DNA of 64,000 nt from Podarcis pityusensis (Eukaryota), in assembly GCA_964106645.2 (NCBI GenBank), contig OZ067040.1, one strand, 5' to 3'. A program made the translations under genes and the position numbers. How positions within the stretch are numbered: position 1 is the stretch's first letter; each line of letters opens with the position of its first letter. The notes under the pieces are model-generated. The model saw only the letters and a list, made by a program, of their open reading frames with translations, made no database searches and was not told where the DNA came from. Shown in pieces: positions 1-12,078 of this stretch.

Positions 1-88
1 CTCACTGCATTCCTGGTTGAAACACGAACCCACCCACCCCCCCAAAAAGAAGTGAGCACTCTTGGAATCTCTTATATATAATCTAATA

Positions 89-450
89 AGGTAAAGATAA
101 AGGAGCCCTGGACAATGAAGTCCAGTCAAAGGCGCTGATGGGTGTGGCACTCATCTTGCTTCAGGCTGAGGGAGCTCGCGTTGGTCCGCAGACAGCTTTC
201 CAGGTCATGTGGTCAGCATGACTAGACTGCTTCTGGCGCAGTGGGACCCCATGATGGAAACCAGAGCGCACAGAAAGGCCATTTACCTCCCAGGTGCAGC
301 AGTACCTATTTATCTACTGGCACTTGTGTGCTTTCAAACTGCTGGGTTGGCAGGAGCTGGGACAGAGCAACGGGAGCTCACCCCATTGCATGGGTTCAAA
401 CTGCCAACATTCCAATCGGCAAGCCCAAGAGGCTCAGTGGTTTATATAGT
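89..450 (-). mobile_element. Sauria SINE
   Basis: Starts with AAGGTAAAG (reverse complement of the ACCTTT tail); homologous to 24967-25315 and to the reverse complement of 29637-30002. Confidence 0.75.
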
Positions 451-543
451 CTGATAACCAAATGGCAACTAAAGCCTGGGTCATGGTCACCACAGTAGAA
501 TGTGTTGGCATTTAAAAAATAACAATAATGAGGTTTTTGAAAT

Positions 544-771
544 TAGTCGTACGGAATCTGTTCCAGAAGTCCGTTCGACATTCGAAAACCAAATCACAGC
601 TTCTGATTGGCTGCAGGAATCTCCTGCAGCCAATTAGAAGCCGTGGAAGCCCCGTCGGACGTTAGGATTCCGAAAGAACATTTGCAAACCGGAACAATCA
701 CTTCCGGGTTTGCAGCATTTGAGAGCCAAAACGTCTGAGTTCCAGGACATTCAAGATTCAAGATACGACTG
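544..771. mobile_element. Degraded MITE (Tc1/mariner/pogo-like)
   Basis: Imperfect terminal inverted repeats AGTCGTA...TACGACT; internal palindrome GCTTCTGATTGGCTGCAGGA...TCCTGCAGCCAATTAGAAGC at ~599-641. Confidence 0.5.
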
Positions 772-1119
772 TGTTATTATTCATGAGTCTCGTGTTCCCT
801 GACACCTTCCAACTCTACAATTCTATTATTTCATTTCTATACTGCTTTATACTTGAAAGAACCAATCGTAAAGCGGTTTACAACACATTAAAACATCAAA
901 TAAAACAATCCAGAATAAGACCAGCCTGGCATCCAGAGAGCTCCGTGGGGTCACAATTGGCTCTGTGTCAGTCGCAAAAACGCGGCTGCCTGATTTCTAA
1001 GGCTGAAGCTGAGTGCAGCAAAGGGGCCTGCGGGACAATGAAGCCTGGTTTCCCCACCAGCCCAGACATGGGAAGACCGTGGGGCTCAAGTGGCCAACCC
1101 ACCCACCCACGTTGGGTAC

Positions 1120-4100
1120 CTCGCTGTCATCTTCTTCCTCTTCCTCCTCCTCCTCTTCTTCCTCCTCCTCTTCCTCCTCCTCACTGTCCTCAAAGAACTT
1201 GGACTTAGCCCCCCGCTGGGCCTTGCTTGCGGAGGAGCAGGACGGTTCTGCTTCGCCTGTGCTGGAGGCTGCCCCTCCCTCAGCAGCCTTTTTCTGGGAA
1301 GGAGCGGCAGCATCCCCCCCGCCAGCCGCGTCTGGGCCAGGGCAGGCGCTGGAGGACTTGGGGCATGCCTGGCCGTTGGCTGCCTCCTCCTCCTCCTCCT
1401 CCTCCTGGCGGTGCCTCAGGAGCTCCTCTGTGTCCACCTCCCCATTCAGGCTCCGCCCTTTCTGCGCCTCTTCCTGCGCTGGCTCTTTGCTGGGGGTCCC
1501 CAACTTGCCCTTGACGCAGTTTTGGCCATAACGCGTGAGCAGCTCCTCAATGGTCATGGTGGCCTCCTCGTGCAGCAAGGCAGCCTCCTCGTTGTCCACT
1601 GAACAGGGACAGAGAGAAAGGAAATGGGGGGGGGGTCAGGGTCACTGTTCCCTGGCCCAGTAGTGCCATTCAGGAGGAAAATGGCTTCCAGGCCCAGGGC
1701 AGGATCAGGCCAAGCTTCTCTGCTACTGCAAGGACTTCCTCTCCATATGTTGCCTCTAAAATTCCTGTTCTAGGTTCTCATTTTGAGAAGAACATGCAGG
1801 GAGAGAAGACTTTTGTCGTGCAAGCAGAAATCCACTCTGCTGGATCCTGCCCATGCAACCTACACTAGAAACAAGGAAAGAAGGATCTGTTCTCCCAGCC
1901 AATCCATCACAGAGTCCCTTGGAACCCCATAACACCCCCGCCCCGCCTTCACCTGGTTGCTCTGAACATACAGAGCTTTTCATACCCCTCAAGCCCACTC
2001 CCTACAATAGACCAGCGCTGCTTTGCCCATGACTCTGGGCAGCTGCAGCCTCTCAAGGAAGCCAAATCAGGCTAGTAGCCACAGCCAAGTCTCCCCATTC
2101 TTGTGGTGCAATCCTAATCTCACTGTGTACAAGACAATGTTTGCCTCTCTGCCTCTCCCAGTGGAGAAACGTCTCTTCGGGACAAAGCTAAGAGAATCCT
2201 TTGCCCCCCACCCTCTGGTTCTGATTCAGTTCTGTCCCCGGGGACACTCCTGTCTGGGCAATGAACTGCCTCTGTTGCTCACCATCATCTTCATCAGCCA
2301 CCTTTTCCTCCTTCTCATCCCCATCATCTCGGGGTCGACCTGCCATCAGTGACAGTTCCTTGATCACCTCCTCAGTTGTCAGCTTAGCATCGATTGCCAG
2401 AAAGGCATCCTCAAGAGCCTACAGCAGCACAGAAAGGGCGTCAGTCCCAGCGGTGCTCTCGAACCCCTGCAAGTGGGGCAACCCAACACTGCACCAGAAC
2501 CAAGCAAAACAGGAGGGCCTTCTGTCCTTTGCCTGAGTCTCTTGGTAATAAGGAGTCCTGCGAACAGAACAATGGCCAGTTCAAGTTCCAGCCTTTGCTC
2601 TAATTGGGGGTAGGGAGGCTGAACCCGGCTTGGGAGCTTCCTAAAGCCATCAAGCTAGCCAGTTAGGAGACAATAAACAATTGGGCAAAGCAATTCTGCC
2701 ATTCTCTGGAGGCCTGTTACACATAACCAAGCAACCCCTGAAGGTCTCAGAAATGAAACACCCTAAGAATTCTTCTTTAACAGTTACTTGACCATATAAC
2801 ATCACATTCAGGGAAATAAAGATGCGAAAATCAAGGGCCTTCTGAGGAACGATTGATGGAGTTGGGGATGTTTAGCCTGCAGAAGAGGAAATGCAAAGGT
2901 AACTTGGGAGCCACTTTAAATACCAGAAGGGCTGTCCTGTGAGAGATGGAGCAAGGATCCAAGCCAAGGGATTCAAATGACAAGGAAGGAGATTCTGTCC
3001 AAACCTTAGGAAGATTTTTCTGCTGCTGGGAGCCGCCAAGGGTGGCTGGGAAAACCCAGCCAGATGGGCCGGGTATAAATAATAATAATAATAATAAGCG
3101 TAAGAAATGTTTGATTGTGGAACAGAATCTGCTGGAAGGAGGCAGACTTTCCTTCATTGGAGATTTTCAAAGGAAGGTTGGATGGCCACATCTTTCGTTG
3201 TGATTCCTGCATTGTTGGGGGTTGGACTGGATGGGGGTCCCTTCCAATTCTACAATTCCAAGAAGGATCACAGTCCCCCAATCCAAGTTGCAGCAACTGG
3301 CCATGTCACCCTGTTGAAATGGGGCCAGGGCGAGGCCCCATTTAGCTTCAGAGTCGCAAGAAAGGGCTGTGCTAACATCCCTTTGCAACATTTCCCCAGG
3401 GAGGCTCAGCTTTGGGCGCTAAGCTCCCCACCCTGCACAGGTCGTGGCTGGAACCTGGCAAGAAGACCTGTGCCCCCACATGCTGCGAAGGGCTTCCTGT
3501 TTTGGCCCTGAGCTCTGAAGCCTGGTGAGGGGGAAGCGGCTCCTTGGAGAAAGGCCCTTTGCCCCTTACCTTTTGCAGCTTGCCCTCTTTGTATGCTTTC
3601 TGGTCCTTGATGATTTCTGGGAGGTACTTGGCACAGTACAGAGCGACCTCTTCCCCTGGAGCAAAGGAGAGGGGGGCCGTCAGAGGATCGGACCAGACGG
3701 CCCTTGGGATCCAGGCAGAGGGACCCCGAGTGGCGGGCCCCGAGCAGGGAGGGGCGCCCAGAGAGTCCCGGGGGAGGAGGACCCCGCCCCCTGCCGCCGC
3801 CGCCTCGGGGCTCCCGTCCGGCCCCCCGAGCCCAGGGGCCGCGCTCACCTCCATGGCCGTCGTAGACGGAGAACATCGCGGTCTCGCCGTCCAGGTCCGG
3901 GATGCAGTTGTGGGCGTCCTGAAAGAGAGGCGGCCGTGAGCGGGAGGCGCTGCCCGGGGTCTCTGGCCCGATCCCTCCCCGCCCCCCGCCCCGCCCCGGT
4001 CCCGCCCCTCGCGCACCTCCATGGAGACCCGCCAGCCCTGCATGGCGCTGAAGCCGAAGCGCAGCGGGCGAGGCCCGTCCCCGGCGCCGTCCCCGGAGCT

Positions 4101-4136
4101 CTTGGCGGTGCTGGGCTGCGACAGGTAGGCCCCCAT
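1120..4136 (-). CDS. PPM1G: Protein phosphatase 1G (PP2C-gamma), coding exons 1-5; gene continues beyond the left edge
   Basis: Exons 4017-4136 (MGAYLSQP...[13 protein letters not shown]), 3849-3918 (DAHNCIP...VYDGHGG), 3570-3655 ([28 protein letters not shown]), 2283-2418 ([13 protein letters not shown]...), 1120-1598 ([26 protein letters not shown]...poly-Glu acidic insert). All GT-AG and phase-consistent; PP2C metal-binding motifs present. Confidence 0.97.
2830..3270 (+). mobile_element. CR1 LINE 3' fragments interrupted by a short repeat and (AAT)n
   Basis: GAGTTGGGGATGTTTAGCCTGCAGAAGAGG and GGGTTGGACTGGATG...CCCTTCCAATTCTACAATTC are CR1 ORF2-end/3'UTR-type motifs that recur throughout the window. 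Confidence 0.6.
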
Positions 4137-4800
4137 GGCTTCGGGCAGGCGCGGGCCCCGCCGGGCCGGAGAAGGAAGGGAGGCCGGGAGGACGGGAGGA
4201 CGGGCGGGCGGGCGCCGAAGGAACCGAGCGAGGGAAGGAGACCGGCAGGCGGAACCGGAAACGGGCACCAGAGAGTCGCCGCCGCCGCCGCCGCCACCGC
4301 CGCGCGGAACAACGAGCGCCGGAAGCTGAGGCGACAGAGCCGCCGCCGGAAGTGAGGGAGCGGAAAGCGCTCAGCGAGGTCCGCGGGGGATGATGGGAAG
4401 CGGGGGCACCGCCAAGTCCGCCGGAGCGGCTGGTTGCCAGGCAACGGCGGTGAGGCCTGGAGCCCGGGATGGGCGGGACCCCGCGGAGGAAGAGGCCCCT
4501 GGGCGCCCGGCGAGCCTCCTCGGGGCAGCCTCTCGCCTCCGGGAAGGAAGGAGGGACCCGGCTCTTCCCAGGCCGCTTCCCGGCTTTCCCTCCTCGCCCA
4601 GTGAAGCCTCGGACTCCTCCGCTCCCCTTCCCAGCCCAGAGCGAAGGGGCGCCCGGAGAAGGGCGGGCCAAGGCCGGACAGGCCGGGCGAGATGCTCGTC
4701 TGCAGATTCCCCAAGACGCCTCGGAAAACGCGGCCTTTTGCTGGCCCCCCTCGGCGCACATTTGCAGAACGCAGAAGAAGGGCCGATTGAAATGGAAAAA
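3700..4800 (-). promoter_or_regulatory. PPM1G CpG-island promoter with ETS (CCGGAAGT ~4346) and palindromic RFX X-box (4433-4445)
   Basis: Very high CpG density spanning exons 1-2 and upstream; GTTGCCAGGCAAC at 4433-4445; (GCC)n run at 4277-4302 in the 5'UTR. Confidence 0.75.
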
Positions 4801-4879
4801 GGGATCGGAAATGATACAGAATCTCTAGAGCAGGGTCTGCAGGTGTTTTTCGGACCACGATTCCCACCAGCTAGCGAGG

Positions 4880-5705
4880 ATGAGAGTTGTATTCCAAAAA
4901 GATCTGGAGACCCAAGTTTCGGAAACCTGCCTAGAACACAAAAAACTGGCAGGACCGAGAGATTAAGCTGTGGCAAAAGTAGAAGGAGCAACTGATGAAG
5001 TGGAAGAACCACTGAATGATAAAGCTGGGATTCTGGAAAACAAAAAGTTATAAATGAAGAGATATCTGGATAATCTGACATCAATGGAACTAAGAAAAGA
5101 GTTCCATCTACGATTTGGAGTGATCCCAGGAGATAAAGCTATTAAATCTCTGGCATTGTTTTTTGGAAAAGACTGGAAGAAACGCAAAATGGAAACACAA
5201 ATGGAAGAGTCAATACTAGATAAGGTGGAAAACATGGCAAATACAAAGTGGAAATTGAAGAGACAGAACTGGGTGCGGACCAATGGATATGCAATAATGT
5301 ATAATGTATTAAATTATATTCACAGTGGAGAGATGCTTATATCTGCAGAGGGAAAGATTTATCATTATTTTATATAGAGTCATGGTTGGTGAAATTGTTG
5401 GACAAAGTTGATTAATGTTTGAGACAAACTCTTGCTGACATTTATCAATATCCTTAACTGGGAACCCCTTTTGGACTTTTTGTGTAAAAAGGAAAACACA
5501 TCTGGGTTTGAAGACTGGAAAAATACTGGTTTATGGAAAGTAAAGTAGTTGGATGTTGTCATGAAATGAATGTTTTGAATTTTTTTTATGTAACAGACAG
5601 GAGAATCAGAAGCCCTTTTTCTTTTGTTTTATTCTTCCCCCCCTCTTCTTTTTTTCTTTCTCCCCCCTTTTTCCTGTTGTATCAAAAAAGCTTTAATAAA
5701 AAAAA
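4880..5705 (+). mobile_element. Degenerate LINE (L1-like) remnant ending in a poly(A) tail
   Basis: Abrupt AT/A-rich block next to the CpG island; broken Lys/Trp-rich reading frames; T-rich tail followed by AATAAA-A(n) at ~5695-5705, like the L1 3' ends elsewhere in the window. Confidence 0.5.
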
Positions 5706-6426
5706 TGTATGCAGCATTACCTTTTTCTGGCTCCTACTGAGGGAACTCCTTGCCACCAGCCGTGTCAGTCACTGTGTGGAAGAAGCTCTCTAGCCAGCAA
5801 CAGCCAAAAAGGCGAGTGGAAATGTCTGAAGCCAACCAGCTGCCTGGCCAGGTTTCCAGGCCTCCTCCTCTCTGGCTTTGTGGCCTTAGCCACAATGGGG
5901 GCTCAAAAAGTAGACATGCAGGACTCCAGCACCAGCAGCAGCAGCTCCTCCTCTACAGGTTTTTCTCTTCTCCACACAGCAGCACACTTGCTGCCCCCCC
6001 CCCTTGCTGCCAGGGCTACGAGGGGAGGATAGGATTTGACCCTCAGTGCAGAAGGGCTCATAGAGATGGAAGATCCTAAGGCTCATCTAGTCCAACCCCC
6101 TGCAATGCAGGAATCACAGCTGAAGAATCCCTGACAGATGACCATCTGACCTCCATTTAAAAACCGCAAGGGAAGAAGAGTCCACCAGGGAGAGCTCCTC
6201 CACTGCCTGTTGGGGTCCCCCCCCCCGCTCCTCCAGCCTTGCCCAGCCCAAGCACTTCTTTGAAGAGGCATGAGGCGCAAGCTGCTCCCTGCAGCTCTCT
6301 GTATTCAAAGGGGGCCTTGAAAGAAGAGCACCCCCTCTGCAGGCAGGAGCTGACTCCCCTTGGGCGGCTGGTCCCCTCCCCAAAGACCAGAGACAATGAG
6401 GACACTGTGGCTTATTTACAAAACAG

Positions 6427-6432
6427 TTTATT
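6427..6432 (-). terminator. Probable NRBP1 polyadenylation signal AATAAA
   Basis: TTTATT on + strand ~750 nt downstream of the NRBP1 stop codon. Confidence 0.65.
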
Positions 6433-7179
6433 AAAAATAGGAACAGAAACAAACACTTGGAGCAGCCTCAGCTCTGGAGATGGGAATGGGTGCTCGTCGC
6501 TGAGCAACCGGCCCCAGCCCTGTTGGGGAGAGGGGGAGGGAGGGGAACCCAGCTCTTGGGGGGGTGTCTGGCCAGCTGCTGGCTGCCTCTTGCACCTGCG
6601 ACATTCATGGCACTGTGCCCACCCGCCCACCCACTTTCTCCAGGGCTCAGGAGGAGGTGCCTCTGCTGCGCAACCCAGGGCAAGAAGGGCAGCCAAGCAA
6701 GGGGGAGAAAAGGAGCTGCCCAGAGGAGGGTGAGGCTGCCAGGGAAGGGGGTGACTGTGGGGCTGGAAAGCATGTGAGAGAGGGGGAGGGGCAGGGGGAG
6801 GAGCCACCCTCATTCTTCTTCCCCCCTCCCTCCCACCCCCTTAAATAACAAGACAGACATCTCTGTGCTGTGCAAAAAAAAAACCTCTGTACAATTCAAG
6901 CAAAACAAAACTCCATGCGTGAGCCGGGGGGAGAGGGAGGCCACTGGCCCCGGGGGGGAAATAATACTGACAAGGCACACAGCCCCCCTTCCCCGCCTTG
7001 CCCCCTCCCTCCTGCCCCCCGTCCCCATGGTGGCAGCGATTGTCTGCGGGGCTCCTGGCGGCTGCGGCACATGCAGGAGGCACAGCCAAGCTGGTTCCGT
7101 GCAGGCGGCAGCGGCCTGGCGGGGGGAGGGGGCCCTTTGCGGAGGCAGCGCCCGGGCACTGCTGGCATGGGGGCAGCCC

Positions 7180-10100
7180 TTAGGAGGAGACGGTGACGGC
7201 CGCCAGCGCTCCGTTCCGTGAGTAGAAGAACTTGCTGAAGGCCTCTTCAAGTAAACAGCTCAGCCGGCTCTGATCAGCCTGCAAGGGGCAGAGGGAAGGA
7301 GAGGCCAGTGAGAGCCCCACTCACGGGCTGAGCCCACCCACCCAGCCTGCCAGTGGGCAGGATCCTACCTCACTGATGAATCCCAGCTGGACCAGTTCGG
7401 CCGCCAGCTCCTGGATATTGTCACCTGGGAGAGGGGGAGAAGAAGAGGCAGCCAAAAGTCAGGAGGAGGAGGAGGGCTTCCCTTGCCCAGCAATGCCCAG
7501 CCAGGGGGGAGGGAGGGCGGGACTTACTGGGCAGCAGGTCACAGCTCAGGTGTCGGTTCAGCTTGTCTTCCAGCCTCAGCAGCAGTGTCAACTGGGCAGA
7601 GAGAAGCCAAAGTCAGTTCCTGGCCCCTGGGCTCTGGCACGCAGCCAACCCAAGCCCCTTCAAATAGGGCAGCATGGTGGAAGAGACACCCCCCCAGCCC
7701 AGGTTGGTACATACATGGTGCTTCACCCCTTCCTCGACTGACTCGATGTTGCATTGCATCAGGACCACCTGCGGGAGGCAAGGGGAGGCAGTGAGTGGGG
7801 TGGGAGGCCCTGGCTGTGCCTGCTGGCCAGGCTCCAGGACCTGAGTGGAGCAGGACAGCAACTCACCTTGCGGGTTTCCACTTCCGCAGGCTCTGGCGTG
7901 GGCGTCTTGACCGATGGGGGCGCAATGGGAGATGTCACCACCTCCTGCTGCGGCTGATGAGGGCGGGGCAGGCCGAAGGCCGTGAGGGGGTAGATGCCGT
8001 TCCTAGAGGGGGAGAGGGGTCAGGCTCTGTTCCCCAGGTGGGCAGCAAAGTTGCAGGCCTTCCACTTGGTGGAAGAGAAGGGAAGGAGGCAAGGGTCCAG
8101 GCGGGTCAGCCCAGGAGAGGCTCCCTGGCACACAAGAAGGTGGTGGAAGAAAATTCTCACCTCACATCCTCCAGAAACTTGTCTAGCTCCAGGGCTGGGG
8201 ACTGGGAGAAGCTGTGCGGTGGGGAAAGCACAGAGTTAGATAAAGGGGGATCTCAATGCTGAATGCAAAATCTTTGCTGCCTGCTCCCCTCCCTGGCCTC
8301 CTTGGGGAGGGGCCAGAGGGACACCCACTGCTTGCCCTCCCCCTCCCCACATTCCCAGCCCCTCAGAGAAGCCTCACATCATGCGGACGCCCTCGCGGTC
8401 GGCATGGTTGATCTCTGCCAACACTGCACTCATGTCCAAGTTCTTGGTCATTTCTTCAAGGGCGTTCTCTGGGATCATGTCTGTCAGGAGGCAAATGAGT
8501 CTTTCAGGAATGTTGCAGGGGGTTGGGTGAGATGACCCTCAGGGTCCCTTCCCCATCTACAATTCAAACATCCCCTCACCCTCTGCAAGGAAGGCAAAGG
8601 ACACTCCTTGCTTCCTATGAAGGGCGGGTGGTGGGTTAACAGAGGACAGGAAGCACAGATGGTTCTCGCAGTTGATGGAAGGCAGGAGAGGGGCTGTCCA
8701 AGGGTCTGTATGGGGGTCAATTCTATGACTTGGACTAGAAATGATCTGAGCCATCAAAAGTGGCCAAATTTGCAAATTATTCAGCACAAAGGAAGCTCAA
8801 GTGGTTTGCAAAGAGCCCCCAAAAGATCTCTCCAAACTGGTTGAAAGAAGTGCAGTGGAAGTCAGAATGAAGCAAGTGGCCTCTGGGGCAGAAACATCCA
8901 CACTTCCCAGATGCCCCATGGGACCCGAACAGACGGGGTCTGGCCAATGGAAGAGGCCTTTGGGCTGCAGCGGAAAACACGCTCAGTGAGTGATGGCAGG
9001 AAGAAAAAGGCCATGCCTAGTGTGTTATAAGAGCAACTGGATTTTGAGGCATTTTCGTATTGCCAACATCCTAGCACCTGTCCATAAAGGCAGGAGAGGG
9101 GCGTGGAAAAAGCCAACCAAGATACTGGGAACCTTCTCTAAAAACGGAATGTGAAAATAATTGGGCCTTTTCAGTTTAGGGAAAATGAGGAGGAGGAGGA
9201 GCTCTAGGAAGAGAAGCAACCAGAGTGGGGTGAGGGACGAATGGATCCTAGGGGAAGTTATTTCCCCTGTGGCAACCCAAGCCCCTTTCTGAAACTGCAG
9301 GTTCTGCCAGAAAGTGGTCCAGGGACTTCCTGCCTTCAGAGTGTGGGGGGGGGGGGGTAGGGGCCGCCACCGCTCTCCAAGCAGAATGCGGCTCCACAAG
9401 ATGTAAATCACAGCACCAACTGAGGGCCAGGCATGGAAGGAGGGGACCCATCCAGGGCCATCAGTCAGAGCAGCTCAAAGGGCCCTCGGGGCTGAGAAAG
9501 CCCCAGACCCCAGCAGCCTTCCACCCTGCCCCAAAGAGCTCTCCAGGAGGACTCTAGCCAGGAGCTGGGAAGGCACAGAGGGCCAAAGGTTCAAGGCCAG
9601 ACCCAGCAAGGGCTGCTCTGCTCAGTGCCCTTTGCTGCTTCCGCTCTCTGCCTCCGGAGGAAGGGATTAGGCCTCCCCAGCCACTTCCCTGAGCCCCCCC
9701 CCCCCAGCCTCCACTCACGCTGATGGCCCACAATGCAGTGGGCTGCCAGGAGCTTCAGAGAGGGCACTTCAAAGAGGGCTTGGTGGAAGAGGAGCTCGCG
9801 GGCCGTGGGTCTCTTGCTGGGCTGCAGCTCCAGGCACTTTTGGATGAACTCCTGGAAGGAGGGAAAGGAAGGAGAAGACGTGAAGGCCGAGACTTGTGCC
9901 CGTCCCAGGAGGGAGGGAGGGAGGAGGGGAGGGGCGCCTCACCCGCTGCAAGGGATCCTCCAGCAACTGGATGGCATTGTTGATCGCTTCCTGGGGCACA
10001 TAAGAGGATTCGCCATTGCCCTGGATCTCCAGCACCGCCATCTGCAGGGACAGCAGAAGCACAGCTCAGTGGGGGGCTGAGCCCCACAGTTGGCATGCTG

Positions 10101-12044
10101 CGATCCCGGAGGAACCAAAGGGCTCCACCAGCCGCCATCACACACAACGAGGGAGAGAAAGGGGACTGGCTCCCTCCTTTCCAAATGGGTCTCTCTCTCC
10201 ATTGTTCCTGGAGTTTTCAGAAATCACAGAGACCAAATGACACCCCCTGCACGACACAAGGAGATGCACTGTGCACTCCTAACCCTGTCGAGATAAGACC
10301 AGGATGCCAAACAAGCCGCCCCTTCCCATAAAGATTTGAGGTTGGGGGGGGGGAAGCAGCTATGCCCCCCAACCCTCCCTCTTCACAGCTCTCCTTGCCT
10401 TACCTCCAGCGCACACATCCCGAAGGAGTAGATATCCACCGCGGTCGTCACATGTGCAACTTCTGGAACACAAAACCAGGAATCAGGACCCCCCTGGCTG
10501 GCTGGCAATGGCTATTCAGAGCCACTCAGTCATCGGGCTTGGGAAGTTGGGGGGGTGCCAGTTGTTATTGGCCCATAACCTGTTAAGACTTGGACCCACC
10601 ATTTGTAGCTAATACTACGCCCCGCTTTGACCAGGGCAAACAGCAGAGTATGCACAGCTCCAGAATCCAGGAGAGTCTTCTAGCAGAGTATCAAGAGTTT
10701 TCCTGTTTTCCAGTAGCCAGCCTTTCCCAGAGCTCCCAGTTAAGAAACCTCCTTTCCCACTCAGTTCAGTTTAAAGTGCTTATTGTCTCATGGCACAAGA
10801 CAAGCATAAGCACCTCAGCTACATGAACCTTTAAGAGAGGCTGGTACATGAGCTAACCTACTAGAACACCATTCTTCTGGTCTTAGAAGGAGACCTTGTG
10901 AAGATACAAGAGAAATCCGCTAGCACTTGACCCTGCTAGCTCACCTTGCTGTGCTGAACCACACAGCATGTAACCTGCAGCTTCTCCACCGACACCTCGC
11001 ACTGAGCAAAAGCTCTCCTTGGGGAAGAGCTCACACTCCTGGCAACGCTCCTGAACGCAACCTCGGCTTTACAGCCGCCTCTGCCCATACACGTTCCTTA
11101 GAGCAGCGTTTCTCAACCGTGGGTCTCCAGCTGTTGTTGAACTACAACTCCCATTGTCCCTAGTTAGCAGGACCAGTGGTCAGGGATGATGGGAGCTGTA
11201 GTCCAACAACATGGCTGAGAAGCACTGCCTTGGAGAAAGGAAGGGTGGATGAGTCATGCTCCGGGCATTTCGCCTTGGACTGGTATCTAAGCCACCCAGT
11301 GTAGCTGGTGTGCGAACTCTGAACAGAAACCAAACATGGAGGGGGGGCCTCAAGACATGGAAAATTACACCAACCCTGATGAGCCACTTCAGCCCTCCCC
11401 CCCCCAAACAACAAACTGCTGCTCTCCTGCCTTTCTTACCGCCATACTCCGGGGCAAAGAAGTGCAGGTTCTTCTGCTCCTCACGACACGTCTTCACATG
11501 GTTGTTGATGGTGTCTGGGGCCACTGGAAGAGGGGGGGAAACAGCAAGGAATCAGGGGCTGAGCCTCCTCCTCCCTCCCAAATTGCTCTCATGGGGCGGG
11601 CAGAGGGCATTCAGGCACAGCTGCTGCCACCCCAGTCCAGTCCCAGTGCAAGACAAGGGCAGACGCAGCTCAGAAGCAAAGGGGGGAGGCAGGTCCACAT
11701 GCTCCTCCAGATCTTCCATCTTTCCTGGGTGAGCTCCAAGCCCCAGCAGCCAAAGCAACCCCACCAGGGAAAGCAGATGAGCCCAATGGGAGCCGGGGGG
11801 AGGGGGCGTGGGCAAGGCAGCACTGCTGGAGGAAGAAGGCAGAGGAAGTCCTTTCTGCTTCTTCTGGGTCTCCACTGCAGAGAAGCGTCAGCTGGACCAG
11901 CACTAAGGCAGGCACAAGGGGCTGCAGAGTAAGGGGGGGGGGATCCTGAGCAGTAGCAGCAGCTGGTGTTCCACAGACACCCACACTGACCCACCCACAG
12001 ACACCTGAATGACAGGGAAGGGTACAGACAAGACAGTCCTCACC

Positions 12045-12078
<34 letters not shown>

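Noticed and set aside
3372-4995. Long ORFs of 200-451 aa over the PPM1G promoter (likewise 27095-28377 and 61160-62467)
   Set aside because: CpG-island stop-codon depletion; the real coding parts are the short exons listed.
5054-5377. 107-aa ORF as an independent gene
   Set aside because: Lies inside an A-rich degenerate LINE-like block ending in poly(A).
10945-10974. Possible 30-nt in-frame NRBP1 cassette exon (cag|GTTACATG...CAAG|gtgagc)
   Set aside because: Good donor and frame, but the upstream sequence is purine-rich with no polypyrimidine tract and the peptide has no recognisable homology; needs junction reads.
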